Shown here: piece by piece, positions 19,921 through 31,400 of the stretch
How positions within the stretch are numbered: position 1 is the first letter of the stretch
Layout: every line of letters starts with the position of its first letter
DNA from: a virus
Reading direction: 5' to 3' (one strand)
Virus record (IMG/VR): IMGVR_UViG_3300020469_005214
Coordinates: 1 to 64,000 of that record
DNA: 64,000 bases
Translations under genes and position numbers: made by a program
Notes under the pieces: model-generated
Seen by the model: the letters and a program-made list of their open reading frames with translations, nothing else
What the model was told of the DNA's origin: nothing
Database searches by the model: none

Positions 19921-20667
19921 ATGAAAAAATTATACACATTTAAAGGAAAGATAGGGGAAGAAACTTTTGATTTTGGTCTTAAAAAACCAAATCGAGTTGA
20001 GATGGAAGATTTAGAAATTTTTCAAGCTGCGATTAAGTCAAAACTTATGAACATGGGGGTTCAAACAAGGGCGGCTGTTGATAAGTATTATATGGACAAT
20101 TGTGATGGAGCTATGACTAAGGGTGACGAATATGAAATTACTAAGTTGCGTCAAGAGCTTGTGAAGAAAGAAGAAGAATTGCTTACTAGTGTTGGTGATG
20201 AAAATAAAGAGGCTAGGATTAAACTGTACGAAGAAATCAATAAATTGTCTGACAAGATCAGAAATTTTAATGAATATTATTCGGCTATTTATGATGATAC
20301 TGTTGAGACCAAGGCTCGTAATAAGGCAATTGATTATGCTTTTCTAAACTTTTCTTTAATTGGAGAAGACTTTTTATTTGATTCAGATAATGAACATCCA
20401 CAGAAAAGGATGATAGAACAGTTTGAACAGATGGAACAAAAGCAAGAAGGCGAAAATGAAGCTGACTGGTCTGACATTCATAATAAATTAATTTTTCTAT
20501 TCACTTTGTGGTTTATGGGAATTGCAGAAACCGAAAAAGATTTTGAAGGATTTTACAAAGAAAACTTTGGAAAAAAGATTGAAGAAAAAATCGAAGAAAA
20601 AGAAATAGAAAAAGAAATAGAAAAAGAAGCAGAAGCAGAAAAAAAAGAAAAAGATAGCGAGAAGTAA
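19921..20667 (+). CDS. Tail assembly chaperone-like protein (putative)
   Basis: Acidic helical protein; FGLKKPNR N-terminal segment; adjacent to the tape measure. Confidence 0.5.
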   Translation: MKKLYTFKGKIGEETFDFGLKKPNRVEMEDLEIFQAAIKSKLMNMGVQTRAAVDKYYMDNCDGAMTKGDEYEITKLRQELVKKEEELLTSVGDENKEARIKLYEEINKLSDKIRNFNEYYSAIYDDTVETKARNKAIDYAFLNFSLIGEDFLFDSDNEHPQKRMIEQFEQMEQKQEGENEADWSDIHNKLIFLFTLWFMGIAETEKDFEGFYKENFGKKIEEKIEEKEIEKEIEKEAEAEKKEKDSEK

Positions 20668-21566
20668 TGAATGAAGATTCTATTCTTCGAAGCGGGCTTT
20701 CGGAAATATTAAAAGGTTATTCTTATAGTGTTGAGAATAATTTTTACATAAAACACATGGCTTTGGATGATCATGTGGATTACGAAAGAGTGTATTCTTT
20801 TTTCTACGAGCGATTAAAAAAAAGGGGCGTAGAAGCTTCTGAAGTTTTAATTGAAAGAGCTATTGCTCAGGATTTGTGGTCAGATGAGAAAGATAAAAAA
20901 ATTAAAGATTTGTCTGAATTATGTGAACAACTAACATTAACTATTCAGAAATCACTGGCAGAAGACATGAAGAATCATGCCAAAAAAGAGCTGCAAAATA
21001 ATCAAAAAGAGCATGATAATTTAATGGCACAAAAATATGCAATTACATCAAGCTCAATAGAAAGCATTACCAATAATAGAATGCATGAATATTATATTGT
21101 GAATTCTTTGTATTTGGATAAAGATCTTAATCAAAAAAAATTTAATGAAAAAGATTTTGATGAAATAGAGCCAGAAGAGTTATCTAAAATTAATAAGAGC
21201 TATAATAAGTGCACCGAAAAATTAAACGATTCAAATATTAGAAAAATATCTATCAAAGACTTTTTTCAAAGTTCTTGGAATTTATCAAAAAATCCATATT
21301 ATTACTTTGGAAAACCTATTAGTGATATTACGTATTTTCAAACAAGATTGGCTACAAGTGCGAATATGTTTGCAAATATTTTTAAAAACTATCCAGGTAT
21401 TGAATCTGAAGATCCAGACGAGATAATTGAGTTTGCACAAATGAGGTATGAAGCCCAAAAGAATGAGGGCAAAAATAGAAGTTTTACAGGAGCTGATACT
21501 GAAAAATTAAGAAGAGCTGGCATTAATGTACCTGACAGGTCTGCACAATTCAATAATGCTCGATAA
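20667..21566 (+). CDS. Second tail assembly chaperone-like protein (putative)
   Basis: Coupled by TAATG; helical; FGKPISDITYFQ motif. Confidence 0.45.
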   Translation: MNEDSILRSGLSEILKGYSYSVENNFYIKHMALDDHVDYERVYSFFYERLKKRGVEASEVLIERAIAQDLWSDEKDKKIKDLSELCEQLTLTIQKSLAEDMKNHAKKELQNNQKEHDNLMAQKYAITSSSIESITNNRMHEYYIVNSLYLDKDLNQKKFNEKDFDEIEPEELSKINKSYNKCTEKLNDSNIRKISIKDFFQSSWNLSKNPYYYFGKPISDITYFQTRLATSANMFANIFKNYPGIESEDPDEIIEFAQMRYEAQKNEGKNRSFTGADTEKLRRAGINVPDRSAQFNNAR

Positions 21567-21575
21567 AAGTGTAAT
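21548..21575 (+). promoter_or_regulatory. Late promoter variant ATTCAA-N16-TGTAAT
   Basis: Correct spacing, degenerate upstream box. Confidence 0.45.
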
Positions 21576-21577
21576 AA

Positions 21578-22441
21578 ATGTCAGGTATGAGGTTTTTTAG
21601 AAACAAAGATATTTGTGTAAGATTAGAAGGCGATTCAATTAAAGGGGCGAACTCTTTTTCTTTCGATTCTGCTTATTCGGCTCCTAAAATAGAAGTTATT
21701 GGCAGGGGAAGCACTCGACAATATCAAGGAAAAAATGAAGCTGGAGGGTCTATATCGGCCTTAATATTAGATGATGGAAGTTATTTACATAACAGATTTA
21801 TGTCTGCGAGTGGAATTATAACTGGTGGGTTTGTGGGGGCTACTGATAATTCTACACCAGAAAGACTTACCGTTGGTTTTAACTTTAATTCGGGTTATAT
21901 TAGTAACTATACCTTAAATGGAGGTGTCGGAAGTCCACCATCTGATTCGATTGAATTTGTTGTTTATGGAGAAGTATCGGGTGATAACCAACCGATTGAT
22001 GCACAAGATAATATAGGAGAGTCAGGAATTAAAAATAAATCTATTATTATTGAAGGTCTCGACACATTAGAATCGCAATTCATTCAGTCTTTTACTTATT
22101 CAATCTCGACAAATTGGAAGCCGTCTTACGTTATGGGAAGACATTTACCAATTGATGTTTCTAGAGTAGAAGGATACACGGTTTCTTTAGATTTAGATAT
22201 CATAGCGGGTACTGGCAATAAACAAAGTGTTTTAAACGATTTTGAAGAAACATTTGTAAGTGGATCAAGTGATTTAGAAATTAAATTCGGCGACTGTCGT
22301 GAAATAACTGGATATAGAATGCCAAGGGCTAGAATAGAATCGGAAACACTAAATTCAAGCGTAAACGGATTTTTAGAAGGAAACATTCGTTTCCAAACAG
22401 TTATTAACAATTTAGAGGAATTATTGCCTATATCATCATGA
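21578..22441 (+). CDS. Tail tube-fold paralogue (tube initiator/distal tail-like)
   Basis: IQSFTYSISTNWKPSYVMG resembles the tube VQSFSVSVDLP..LG segment; true start could be ATG 21587. Confidence 0.6.
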   Translation: MSGMRFFRNKDICVRLEGDSIKGANSFSFDSAYSAPKIEVIGRGSTRQYQGKNEAGGSISALILDDGSYLHNRFMSASGIITGGFVGATDNSTPERLTVGFNFNSGYISNYTLNGGVGSPPSDSIEFVVYGEVSGDNQPIDAQDNIGESGIKNKSIIIEGLDTLESQFIQSFTYSISTNWKPSYVMGRHLPIDVSRVEGYTVSLDLDIIAGTGNKQSVLNDFEETFVSGSSDLEIKFGDCREITGYRMPRARIESETLNSSVNGFLEGNIRFQTVINNLEELLPISS

Positions 22442-23223
22442 GCTATATAAATTATAAAGATGTTAAGATAACATACGGCTCTGATGAAGTATTGTGTAGA
22501 GATCTCACAATGGATTGTTCTAACTCTTTAGAAGACAGTAAAACTCGTGCGGCAAATAAAACTGGAGTAGTTTATGGAACTGAAAGACCTGTTACCAGAA
22601 TAAATTTGAACTATTTAATAGGATCGGGCGGAGACCCTTTTTACAAAGATTTTGAAGAAATTTTTAACGGAAATGCAAATATTTCAGAATTTGAGAGCCA
22701 AACATTATTAATTGGTTCTAGTGAGTTTACTGGATTATATCCAGAAAGCCTGTCTATTTCTGCGAGTGAAAATTCATTTTTCAATGCTAGTGTTAATTTA
22801 GTTGCTTATTCAATTATAACTGGTCAATTATTAGCGGACGAATCACCCAATAGTGAGGTTTTTGAAGCTGATATCGATATTGGTCATTCTGCTAATAGTC
22901 CATTAGTTGGAGCAACTGGAACATCTATAACCTTAAATTGTTCTATACAACAAAATCCTATATATTTATTAGGAAGCAGTGGCGCACCAGGTTTTGTTGA
23001 TATTATATCGCGAAGAAAAGAGTGTAACGTTAATGCTTCTGGTTTTAGCAATTTTGTTGAAATTAACGGGGGCGAAGATGTTGAAATTTCTCTTACTGTT
23101 AATTCTTTGAATGGAGAACCACTACAAGATTATGGATTTACTGGAAAAGTCCAATCAACCAATATGTCTTTGAGCGCTGGAGATGTCGCGTCCGTAGATA
23201 TGTCATTAGTTAGCTTTATATAA
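22438..23223 (+). CDS. Tail tube-fold paralogue (putative)
   Basis: SITLNCSIQQNPIYLLGS segment; beta-rich. Confidence 0.55.
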   Translation: MSYINYKDVKITYGSDEVLCRDLTMDCSNSLEDSKTRAANKTGVVYGTERPVTRINLNYLIGSGGDPFYKDFEEIFNGNANISEFESQTLLIGSSEFTGLYPESLSISASENSFFNASVNLVAYSIITGQLLADESPNSEVFEADIDIGHSANSPLVGATGTSITLNCSIQQNPIYLLGSSGAPGFVDIISRRKECNVNASGFSNFVEINGGEDVEISLTVNSLNGEPLQDYGFTGKVQSTNMSLSAGDVASVDMSLVSFI

Positions 23224-24882
23224 ATGGACTTCGATAAAACAACAGTATTAGGATCTAGTACTCAGTATGAGTATTTCGGATCAAATTTATATAATTACAG
23301 AAAAATAAAAACTGTAAGTCTTGAAGGTTTTTTGATTGATGAAGGCGTTATAGAGGGTGATTCAGAGGACAACAAAGACATTATTGATGGTTTTTTAGAC
23401 ACGACAACGATTCAGGAGTTTACAGTTAATGGAACGGCTTTTGGTACGGGTAAGTTAGTAGACATTTCTTTTTCTGATGAAGGTGTTAGTCCAGGCTTAA
23501 AACAAGTTTCAGCTACTATAGAAGTTTATGAAGGTGGAATAGATCCTGATTCAGGAGGTGGAGGTGGATCATCTGAGGGATTACAATCTGTATTAATAGA
23601 TGAAGCAAGTGAAGCAAATTTTTTAGTAAGTTTAGATGAAGTGTTTTCTTTTAATGAAACGGCTTCTAATAAAAGCTTTAATTATTCAGTTAATATTAAT
23701 TATCAAGATGACGAAAGCAATGATCCATTGCTCCTGTCTAAAACCTTGGCACAAGCCTTAATTGACGAGGCTCTGGCTAATCAATTAATTGACGGTTACA
23801 ATGAAGATGCAACTACATATAAAAAATATTGTTCGGAAAGTATCGATGAAATATCCAAGTCATATTCTTTATCGCATCAATATAACTTTGTTGACGCATT
23901 AAGTTCGGGATCAACTGATTCAACATCGGAAATTTCTGTTGCTATAAATCAAAACGGAATAACAACTGTATCAGAAAAGGGCGTCGTTCGTTTTATTGCT
24001 CCGAGTGACGAAAGCTCATTAGGCACACTTAACACTGAAACACAAGCCTTAATTGATTCATCTTTTACAAGATGTCAAACTGAATTTAATATTTTTATAG
24101 CAGATGAGGAGCCTACCGCTTATAGTTCACCTGCAAGTCTTGTTGATAAAAAAATATCAGTAATTCGAGAAATAGATGAAAGAAATTTAACCATTAATTA
24201 TACGGTTAATTATTCTAACGACATATCTATTGAAAGCACTTATAATTGGTCGTATAATCATGAAATAAAAAAATCAGAAGGCTTTTATGTAATATCTGAA
24301 AGAGGACAGATAGTTGGAGATGGCAAGCCGTTGCCTATTGGTTCAGAGTGTTCTATTGAAAAAGCCAAATCAGCTTTTAACGATACAATTAAAGGCGGGA
24401 TTGAAGGCAGAATAGATAGTGTATTGAGAAGTAATACAATAGAATTCAGGGAAATACATCTTATAAATGAAGATACTAATTTTTCTGAAATAGACGGAAC
24501 CATCACTTATAATTTTTCTTATTCAAGTGAATCTAGAGAGGGCACCGACAAAATCACTAATAAAAATACCGTCACACATTCTTATCCAGTTGATTTGAAA
24601 AATAATTTTAATATATTAAAAGATATGTCGATTTCTCAAAAATTAGATTTAGCCACTATAGGTAAAACCACATTAAGGATGGAATTAAGAGGCGAAAAAG
24701 AAGTTACATTTTCAGAATATAGAGGTTTTATTAATACAACTATTTCAAAGTTTATACCAACAGAAGAATTTGTTCACATTTCTTCTTCACCAAAAATATC
24801 TTTTACCCCTAAAAAAAACTCAATGACATTCAGTGTTGAGTGGAATTGGCTAAGGGAGGTAGCCGACATAGATGTCATCTGA
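23224..24882 (+). CDS. Tail tip/baseplate structural protein
   Basis: Acidic beta-rich repeats (TVSEKG, ISERGQI, GTITYNFSY). Confidence 0.55.
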   Translation: MDFDKTTVLGSSTQYEYFGSNLYNYRKIKTVSLEGFLIDEGVIEGDSEDNKDIIDGFLDTTTIQEFTVNGTAFGTGKLVDISFSDEGVSPGLKQVSATIEVYEGGIDPDSGGGGGSSEGLQSVLIDEASEANFLVSLDEVFSFNETASNKSFNYSVNINYQDDESNDPLLLSKTLAQALIDEALANQLIDGYNEDATTYKKYCSESIDEISKSYSLSHQYNFVDALSSGSTDSTSEISVAINQNGITTVSEKGVVRFIAPSDESSLGTLNTETQALIDSSFTRCQTEFNIFIADEEPTAYSSPASLVDKKISVIREIDERNLTINYTVNYSNDISIESTYNWSYNHEIKKSEGFYVISERGQIVGDGKPLPIGSECSIEKAKSAFNDTIKGGIEGRIDSVLRSNTIEFREIHLINEDTNFSEIDGTITYNFSYSSESREGTDKITNKNTVTHSYPVDLKNNFNILKDMSISQKLDLATIGKTTLRMELRGEKEVTFSEYRGFINTTISKFIPTEEFVHISSSPKISFTPKKNSMTFSVEWNWLREVADIDVI

Positions 24883-26563
24883 TACAACAGAAATTCCAGA
24901 ACCAAACATTTCTATTACCCAAACTCCTATTTTTTATAATAAAAAATGGGGATTTTCAGAAACTATAACTCTGACTGGAAAAATTATTGATCCTACTGGA
25001 TACTTAGGGTTATTGGAGGCACAAAACACCATTTTGTCAACTTATGGAATAACAGATGGAGCTTTAATAATAGGAGAGATTGAACGAACTAATGTTTTTT
25101 TACAAAGTGTCGATTTTGCTCCTTCAAATTTTTTATCCAATATTGATTATACTGTAGTGTTAGTATGCTATCCCAATGATAAGTTTACATCGGCAGGAAT
25201 AATTAATCCTATAAACACATGGAATTTTTCAGAAACCAGAGAGAGGGTTTTGACAGTCACACATACTGTTTCTGCGGCTGGAATAAATGATGCAGGTTTA
25301 GATGAAACAGGATTTGATAATGCTCGTGAATTTGTTCAAGCTTTAGTTTATCCAGCAAGTACTGCAGCAATTCCAGCAAATTTTTCAAAATGCTTTCAGG
25401 AACAAGATGAAAGTGGAGGATCAAGTGAGGGTGGTGGATCATCAGGGTCAGAAGATCCACCTATAAGTTCAAGCTCCGAGTTTGTGTTAATAAGTCAAGC
25501 AGAAAATATAAACAGAGTTAATGGAACATATTCTATTACAGAGGTTTATGAGATTGACTTGCTTGACCCTAGTAGTAAATCTAAAATGACTTTTACCATT
25601 AGTGTAGATGAACCAGTTCAGGGTTTTCATAAGGCTTCTATATCTGGAACAATTACTGGCGGAATAAATACAACAATGACAGAACTAGAGACAATTTTTG
25701 ATACTGTAGATTTTAAACAAAAAATAGAAGACTCTCACAGCATAACACTGAATGAAACCCCAATTACAAAAACAAAAAAACTAAATGATAAAGCCCAATC
25801 TATATCCTTTAGTTTTGAATTTGACGATGCGGTAACTAATATTGATGACGATACATTAATATTAGACTTGTCTTTAAATGAAAGTAAAGGGGAAGATAAA
25901 ATAAAAAAATATACTTTACGCGGAACTTTAAAAGGAAGATCAGATTTAACAGACAGATTCTCTCTTATTGAAAGCGCTTATAATGAAAAGATAGATATTT
26001 ATAAAAGCGAGAATGTGTTCGCACTTTTTTCTAATTATTATGATATTGACGATGTTAGCAAGAATTATACTTCAGCTAGTGTTACAAAAAATAAATTTAA
26101 GGGAGAAATAAATTTTTCTGTTAGTGCAACAAATGAAGATCCTCCGCCACATGAAAAATTTGAAAAATTTGATCATACTGTTAATATAGAATATCCATTT
26201 TATAGAGCAAAACCCTATGCACTAGTTGGTGAAGTATTTTTAAAAGCTAACAGCGACACAGAGCAATACGTTCTTCAGAATTTAGAATACTTTGAAAGGG
26301 GCAAATTATCAATTAATGGTACTGCGGTAATTAGAGATGATGTTGATCTAGACGAAGGAATAGGTTTAGTTAATGATGAAGTTATATCTATTGCAAGTGA
26401 ATTTCTATCAGGAGATGAAGTGTTAAATGTAAAACAAATAGAATCAAAACCGAGTTTTGGAAAAAAAATTACATTTAGATATTCTTGGGACTATTCTGAA
26501 AGACCAATCAACATTATCGAAGATCTGTCCCTTGTTAATATGTCCAGTCAAAGCGGTCTTTAA
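24872..26563 (+). CDS. Tail tip/baseplate structural protein, paralogous in style to the upstream gene
   Basis: Repeats ITLTGKI/ASISGTITG/YTLRGTLKG, GTYSITE, GEINFS. Confidence 0.55.
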   Translation: MSSDTTEIPEPNISITQTPIFYNKKWGFSETITLTGKIIDPTGYLGLLEAQNTILSTYGITDGALIIGEIERTNVFLQSVDFAPSNFLSNIDYTVVLVCYPNDKFTSAGIINPINTWNFSETRERVLTVTHTVSAAGINDAGLDETGFDNAREFVQALVYPASTAAIPANFSKCFQEQDESGGSSEGGGSSGSEDPPISSSSEFVLISQAENINRVNGTYSITEVYEIDLLDPSSKSKMTFTISVDEPVQGFHKASISGTITGGINTTMTELETIFDTVDFKQKIEDSHSITLNETPITKTKKLNDKAQSISFSFEFDDAVTNIDDDTLILDLSLNESKGEDKIKKYTLRGTLKGRSDLTDRFSLIESAYNEKIDIYKSENVFALFSNYYDIDDVSKNYTSASVTKNKFKGEINFSVSATNEDPPPHEKFEKFDHTVNIEYPFYRAKPYALVGEVFLKANSDTEQYVLQNLEYFERGKLSINGTAVIRDDVDLDEGIGLVNDEVISIASEFLSGDEVLNVKQIESKPSFGKKITFRYSWDYSERPINIIEDLSLVNMSSQSGL

Positions 26564-26571
26564 GTTAAATA

Positions 26572-27540
26572 TTATGACTCCTCTTCGTCTCTTTCAAGGA
26601 GATCAAGAGATGATAAAGTTTCTTGAGCCAACAAAGATAATTCTTCGGATTCAATCTTTCCTTCTTGGAATTTTTGTGTTTCATCAGAAATTGACCAATT
26701 TTTTCTATTTATCTTCATTTCAGTTTGATCATTATTAAAATCAACTTCTGAAATAAAGCCAAAGCCAGAAAGTGGTGTTTCTAATAGATTGTTGGTTGGT
26801 GAAAAAATAAGGTTAAGGGAAAACAAGCTTGATAAACCAGCGAATTCGATGATTCCTACTGGAAAACCAGGTCCGTTTGTAGTATAGCCCTTTCCAATAG
26901 AGAATGCTTTGACGAGATATGTTCCATCTTTTAGATTTAAAATACGTGTGGTATCTATTGTAAGATTAGGTCCACTATGTATTTGCCCAGTCATTCTTTC
27001 GTAGTTTTCTGTAAATTGTGGAAAGGTTGTGGTTCTAGTTATAAAAGTATTAATAATTGGAACCGGTACGGGTGGCACGGTCAGACCGACAGGAAAAAAT
27101 ATAATTTTCAGAGATACAATGAGAACACTTAATTTGAGCTGTCTAAACTGAAATGTAAGATCTTGAATATTACGACTAGAAGCTTTTACATAATTTGCTA
27201 TATCAAATCTTTCTACCTCGCCTTCTTTTTCGTAATAAAGCTCTGTGGTTCTGCCGTCTACTTCTGCTAGTCTTGTTTGTTTTGCTTCTTCTAACTCTTC
27301 TCCTTCTAACCCCTCTTCTACTCCTCCCACTTCTTTCACTGCTTGACTTTTACAAGCCTGAAAAAGAAAACTATTCATAAAATATAGATTTCCTATTTTA
27401 GGTTTTTGATCTAAAGTTTCCCAGAGTGTACCGTCAAAATTAATGGGCTGACTTTTTCTTTTTTTATTGAAAATTTCATCAAAATATTCTTCAGTACCCG
27501 GTGTATGAAAGTTAGCGATACTTGGTGTTTCTTCGTGCAT
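26572..27540 (-). CDS. Hypothetical virion-associated protein with a hydrophobic Pro-rich segment
   Basis: Last gene of the inverted late operon; LSVLIVSLKIIFFPVGLTVPPVPVP. Confidence 0.6.
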   Translation of the reverse strand: MHEETPSIANFHTPGTEEYFDEIFNKKRKSQPINFDGTLWETLDQKPKIGNLYFMNSFLFQACKSQAVKEVGGVEEGLEGEELEEAKQTRLAEVDGRTTELYYEKEGEVERFDIANYVKASSRNIQDLTFQFRQLKLSVLIVSLKIIFFPVGLTVPPVPVPIINTFITRTTTFPQFTENYERMTGQIHSGPNLTIDTTRILNLKDGTYLVKAFSIGKGYTTNGPGFPVGIIEFAGLSSLFSLNLIFSPTNNLLETPLSGFGFISEVDFNNDQTEMKINRKNWSISDETQKFQEGKIESEELSLLAQETLSSLDLLERDEEES

Positions 27541-27541
27541 A

Positions 27542-28447
27542 TTATTCGCCGCCTCCTTCGCCGCCTGATTCTGTTTTGTTGAAATAATTTGAACTTAACT
27601 GACCAGGTCTAAATTGTTTAGAAATATTAAGAACTGGGAGTTCATTAGAAAGACCATGAGTTACTTCAAGATGACTACCAATACAGCCGACTATATACAT
27701 ATAAGGTATAGCAGTCTCGCTAGCATCATACATGATCAGGCTGCCAGGGTCTGTAAATATATCTTTGCTTAAATATCCAAGTAATACATATGCTTTTCTT
27801 TGAACATTTTCTATGTTTAGCTCCTCTGCGGTAGGTTCTTCGCCTGTAGGCATAAAAATAAACTTTTCTTCGTCATCTAATTCAAAATTAAAAAGATATG
27901 AAGAAGGAAAAGTAGGCCAACCCAATAACTTTTCATCTCCTTGGGCAAAATCAGTGCGTTCTGATTCTTCTCCAGGAATAAATCCTACCCCATTGCCATT
28001 AACAGGCCCATAAACAATTGCAGCTGAACGAATGTCTAAATTTGCATGTAAATCTAATTCTAAATATATATAGTCTCTTTTCTGAGGATCATCGTCCCAT
28101 CTAGGTGTAAAATCTATTCCCAAACCTTTAATATGAAAGGCTTCGTATGGAGCAGTCCTTGCTTCTGGCGTAACTTCTTGATCAAAGCTGGGATCTGCAA
28201 TAACCTCTGTAACTTCTACTCCAGCGTCTGTTGCATATAAGATAGATGCCTCTTCTGCCTCTTTTTGTTTTGCTGTCATGAACATTCGAGAAGATATTCT
28301 TAAATCTTGTTCTGTGCCATCTTCGCCTCCACCTAAAACAATGTCAGAACCAAGTGGTCTATATCTTTTAGTAGCGATTCTAATACTACTCCTTTCTTCA
28401 ATTTGAATGGTTTGCGTTCCAGTTTTTATAATTCTAAATCCTGACAT
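27542..28447 (-). CDS. Hypothetical virion-associated protein
   Basis: Coupled within the inverted late operon. Confidence 0.6.
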   Translation of the reverse strand: MSGFRIIKTGTQTIQIEERSSIRIATKRYRPLGSDIVLGGGEDGTEQDLRISSRMFMTAKQKEAEEASILYATDAGVEVTEVIADPSFDQEVTPEARTAPYEAFHIKGLGIDFTPRWDDDPQKRDYIYLELDLHANLDIRSAAIVYGPVNGNGVGFIPGEESERTDFAQGDEKLLGWPTFPSSYLFNFELDDEEKFIFMPTGEEPTAEELNIENVQRKAYVLLGYLSKDIFTDPGSLIMYDASETAIPYMYIVGCIGSHLEVTHGLSNELPVLNISKQFRPGQLSSNYFNKTESGGEGGGE

Positions 28448-28449
28448 AA

Positions 28450-31400
28450 TTATTTGTCTCCATGTATTGGTATTCTATACCCAGTTAAATTTATTCCCGT
28501 AATTACTAATTCAGCAACATCAGGTTCATTGTTTGTATCACTGTAATCTATTAAATCACTAGGAACGTAATCAATGTATGTATTAAATTGACTTGGGAAA
28601 GTACCCATATTTGTAAAACCTTGATCATAAATAGAAGTTACGGTACCAGCAGGAATATTGTCTCTAAAATTAATGAATTTGAAAAATCTTCCAGTAAATA
28701 ATTCAAATGTACCAGTAAAGGTTTTAATTCCAGTAAATATATTAATTGCACCAGTAATTTCTCCAGTATAATCTACCTGATAGATACCAGTGTTATCAAC
28801 CGTTTCTATAGCTCTACCAGTAAAGAGCCCGTAACCAGTTAATGACTGATGAATATCTTTACCACCAGTAAAAGTATTTGATTGAAATGTAGGTTTTCCA
28901 CCGCTTCCGAAAGAATTAACTTGTATTGAATTGCCAAGTTCTCCTAGTCTATTCGCAAAAATTTGTAATGTGTCGATATCGACTATTGATGATGTAAATC
29001 CTGAATCACCACTATTAATAACATTAGACAACCCAGTTATATCATTAAATAAATTTGGTAGTGCATTGCCTGTACTATTTATAAAACCATTATTTCCAAG
29101 TATTATTCTATCACCTATAACTGGACTGTTGTAATTTAATATTATTTGAGCATTAATATATCCAGTAGGAGTAGAACCAAATACCTCCAGCTCTATTCCT
29201 TCTAATTTTATATTATCAGAGTCTTCAGTTAAAAGTCCATTTTGATTCTGGAGCAACATTTTTCCTGCCAAAAGAACAGATTCAGATCTAAAAAAGTCAA
29301 AACTACCACTTCCATCATTTATAAATCCAGTCTCTGAGCCGCTGATTGTTGCGAAGCTGTTAATTCCGCTTTGTAGTGCCTTAACATTTCCAATACCAGT
29401 AAATCTAGTAGAGCCTTCAAGATCTATAAATACTTGTTCATCAGTTGCTATATCAGACAAATTATTTACTTCATTTACCTCCACTTCAAAATTTCCAAAT
29501 CCAGTAACTAATTCTACAACCGGTATTTCATTAAGTAATTTGCTAGTGCCTGTATCGTAGAATAATCCAGTAATATTTCCAGAAACCACCCCAACCCCAC
29601 TTATAGTGTCAATATAATTGGCGAAAAAATCAGTAGCATAAATTTGCTGTCCATCATGGAAAAACTCTGAATTTATAACTCCAGTTTTACGCTCGCTTAC
29701 AGCCAAGATTCCAGAAGGGCTCGTACCTACATGCATACCAGTTAGACTTCCAGTAACTTGAACTTCTAAATCTCCAGAATAAGTGGCATCGAACAAAGTA
29801 ATGTCTTGCGATCCACTTCGCTCAAATGTATACTCAGTTGGTCCATATAAATTAACTTCGTCAAATATAACTGTTCCACTTTGTGATTCGCAGCCCTCTA
29901 CTCCAGTAATAATACTAAAGCCACTATATAATAATCTATAATATCTATAATCTATTTCGTTATCAAATACAAAGCCAGTTCTAAAACTAATGCTTGGTTC
30001 AACTGCTGAATTTGATTCTGCACTCTCATCTTCATCTATTATATCAGAAAGTGAAGTAATAGAGATGTCGCTAAAAAACAAAGAGGCTGTATCAATAGGA
30101 TAGACTGCAACTTCATCGGTAATTTCGAAAGTAGCTTGTGGCTCTAATGGAGCCGTAAATGATCCCTTAAAATACACGTTGTTTGATGGAAATATGTTTT
30201 GACCTTCAAAGCCTGTAAAAAATCCACTATATGATATGGTTTGCACTTTGGCTTGGTCACGTTCTGTCTCCAACTCTATGGCTCCATCCGTTTCACATTT
30301 TACAAAACCAGTATGTACATAATCTGCATCAGTTGGAACTTTTCCACTATTAAGAGGGTGACCAGCTGGTACCTCTATTTGTTGAAAATCTCTACACCCA
30401 CTACAATCTTGTCCTTGATCTTGAGTGATTTGGAAAATATTGCCAAATGAGTCAACACCACTATCAATAACGATAGTTCTCGTCCTTCTGACTATTTCTC
30501 TATTAGCTAGAGGACATTCAGCCAAAATATCTGGCGTTTCAGGGGGTCCATCTTCTTCCTCTTTTGGTTTTACTATCGTATAACCATTGACGAAACCAAG
30601 TAGAGAACCAGAATAATTCCCACTATATTCATATCGAATAGAGTGCTCATTAAAATCTGACACATCTATTCCCGATGGAAATTCAATTCCAGTAAATGCA
30701 CTGGTGCCAGAATTTAGAAAACTTATACCATTAGATTGTATTGTATTTAAAAATGCTCCATCAGTTCCAGATTGAATTACGTGATCAATTGAATTTATAC
30801 TTATAAAATCGACTCCATTTTTTTCATTGTCAACCCTTAATTCAGAACCTTCTCTGAATTCTATTGGGTCTGTATTGATTTCAAATCCGTCACTTATGAT
30901 TTCATGAGTATCTAGGCTATAATCAAAATCTTTTAACATTAGATTTTTCCAACGCTGACCGTTATCACTACCCTGAAATGCTATTGAAAGTGGCATTGAA
31001 TACTGATATTTGCTACTAGGTACTCCATATGTATTTTCAAACTCAATTTTATAATTGCCCATATCTCCAAAAATAAGAGACTCTATTGTTAAAAAGTTAG
31101 GAGTAAGAGCAGTAGCTTTTAATAATGGTCCATTGTAAAAGTCTCCACTTGTATCTCCTGCAAATTCAGAAATTCCAGTTTTAAACTGCTGCCATATACC
31201 TCTCTTATTTACCCCTAATGAGAAATCATTATAATAACCATTAAGTAAATAAGCTAATTCAACTGCGTTACTAAATGTACTATGACTATTACCAAATCTG
31301 TCATAATAAAAATTATTATCCAAATTATAAATATCAGGAAAGCCAGTTCCATAAGCCTCTAAATACGCACCAGAGTAATCAAAATTGTATGGACTAAACT

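Noticed and set aside
20569-20667. A_AAA_AAG slippery site in the first chaperone-like gene, suggesting a G/GT-type -1 frameshift into 20667
   Set aside because: The -1 frame hits TGA at 20580-20582 and TAG at 20655-20657, so no fusion is possible
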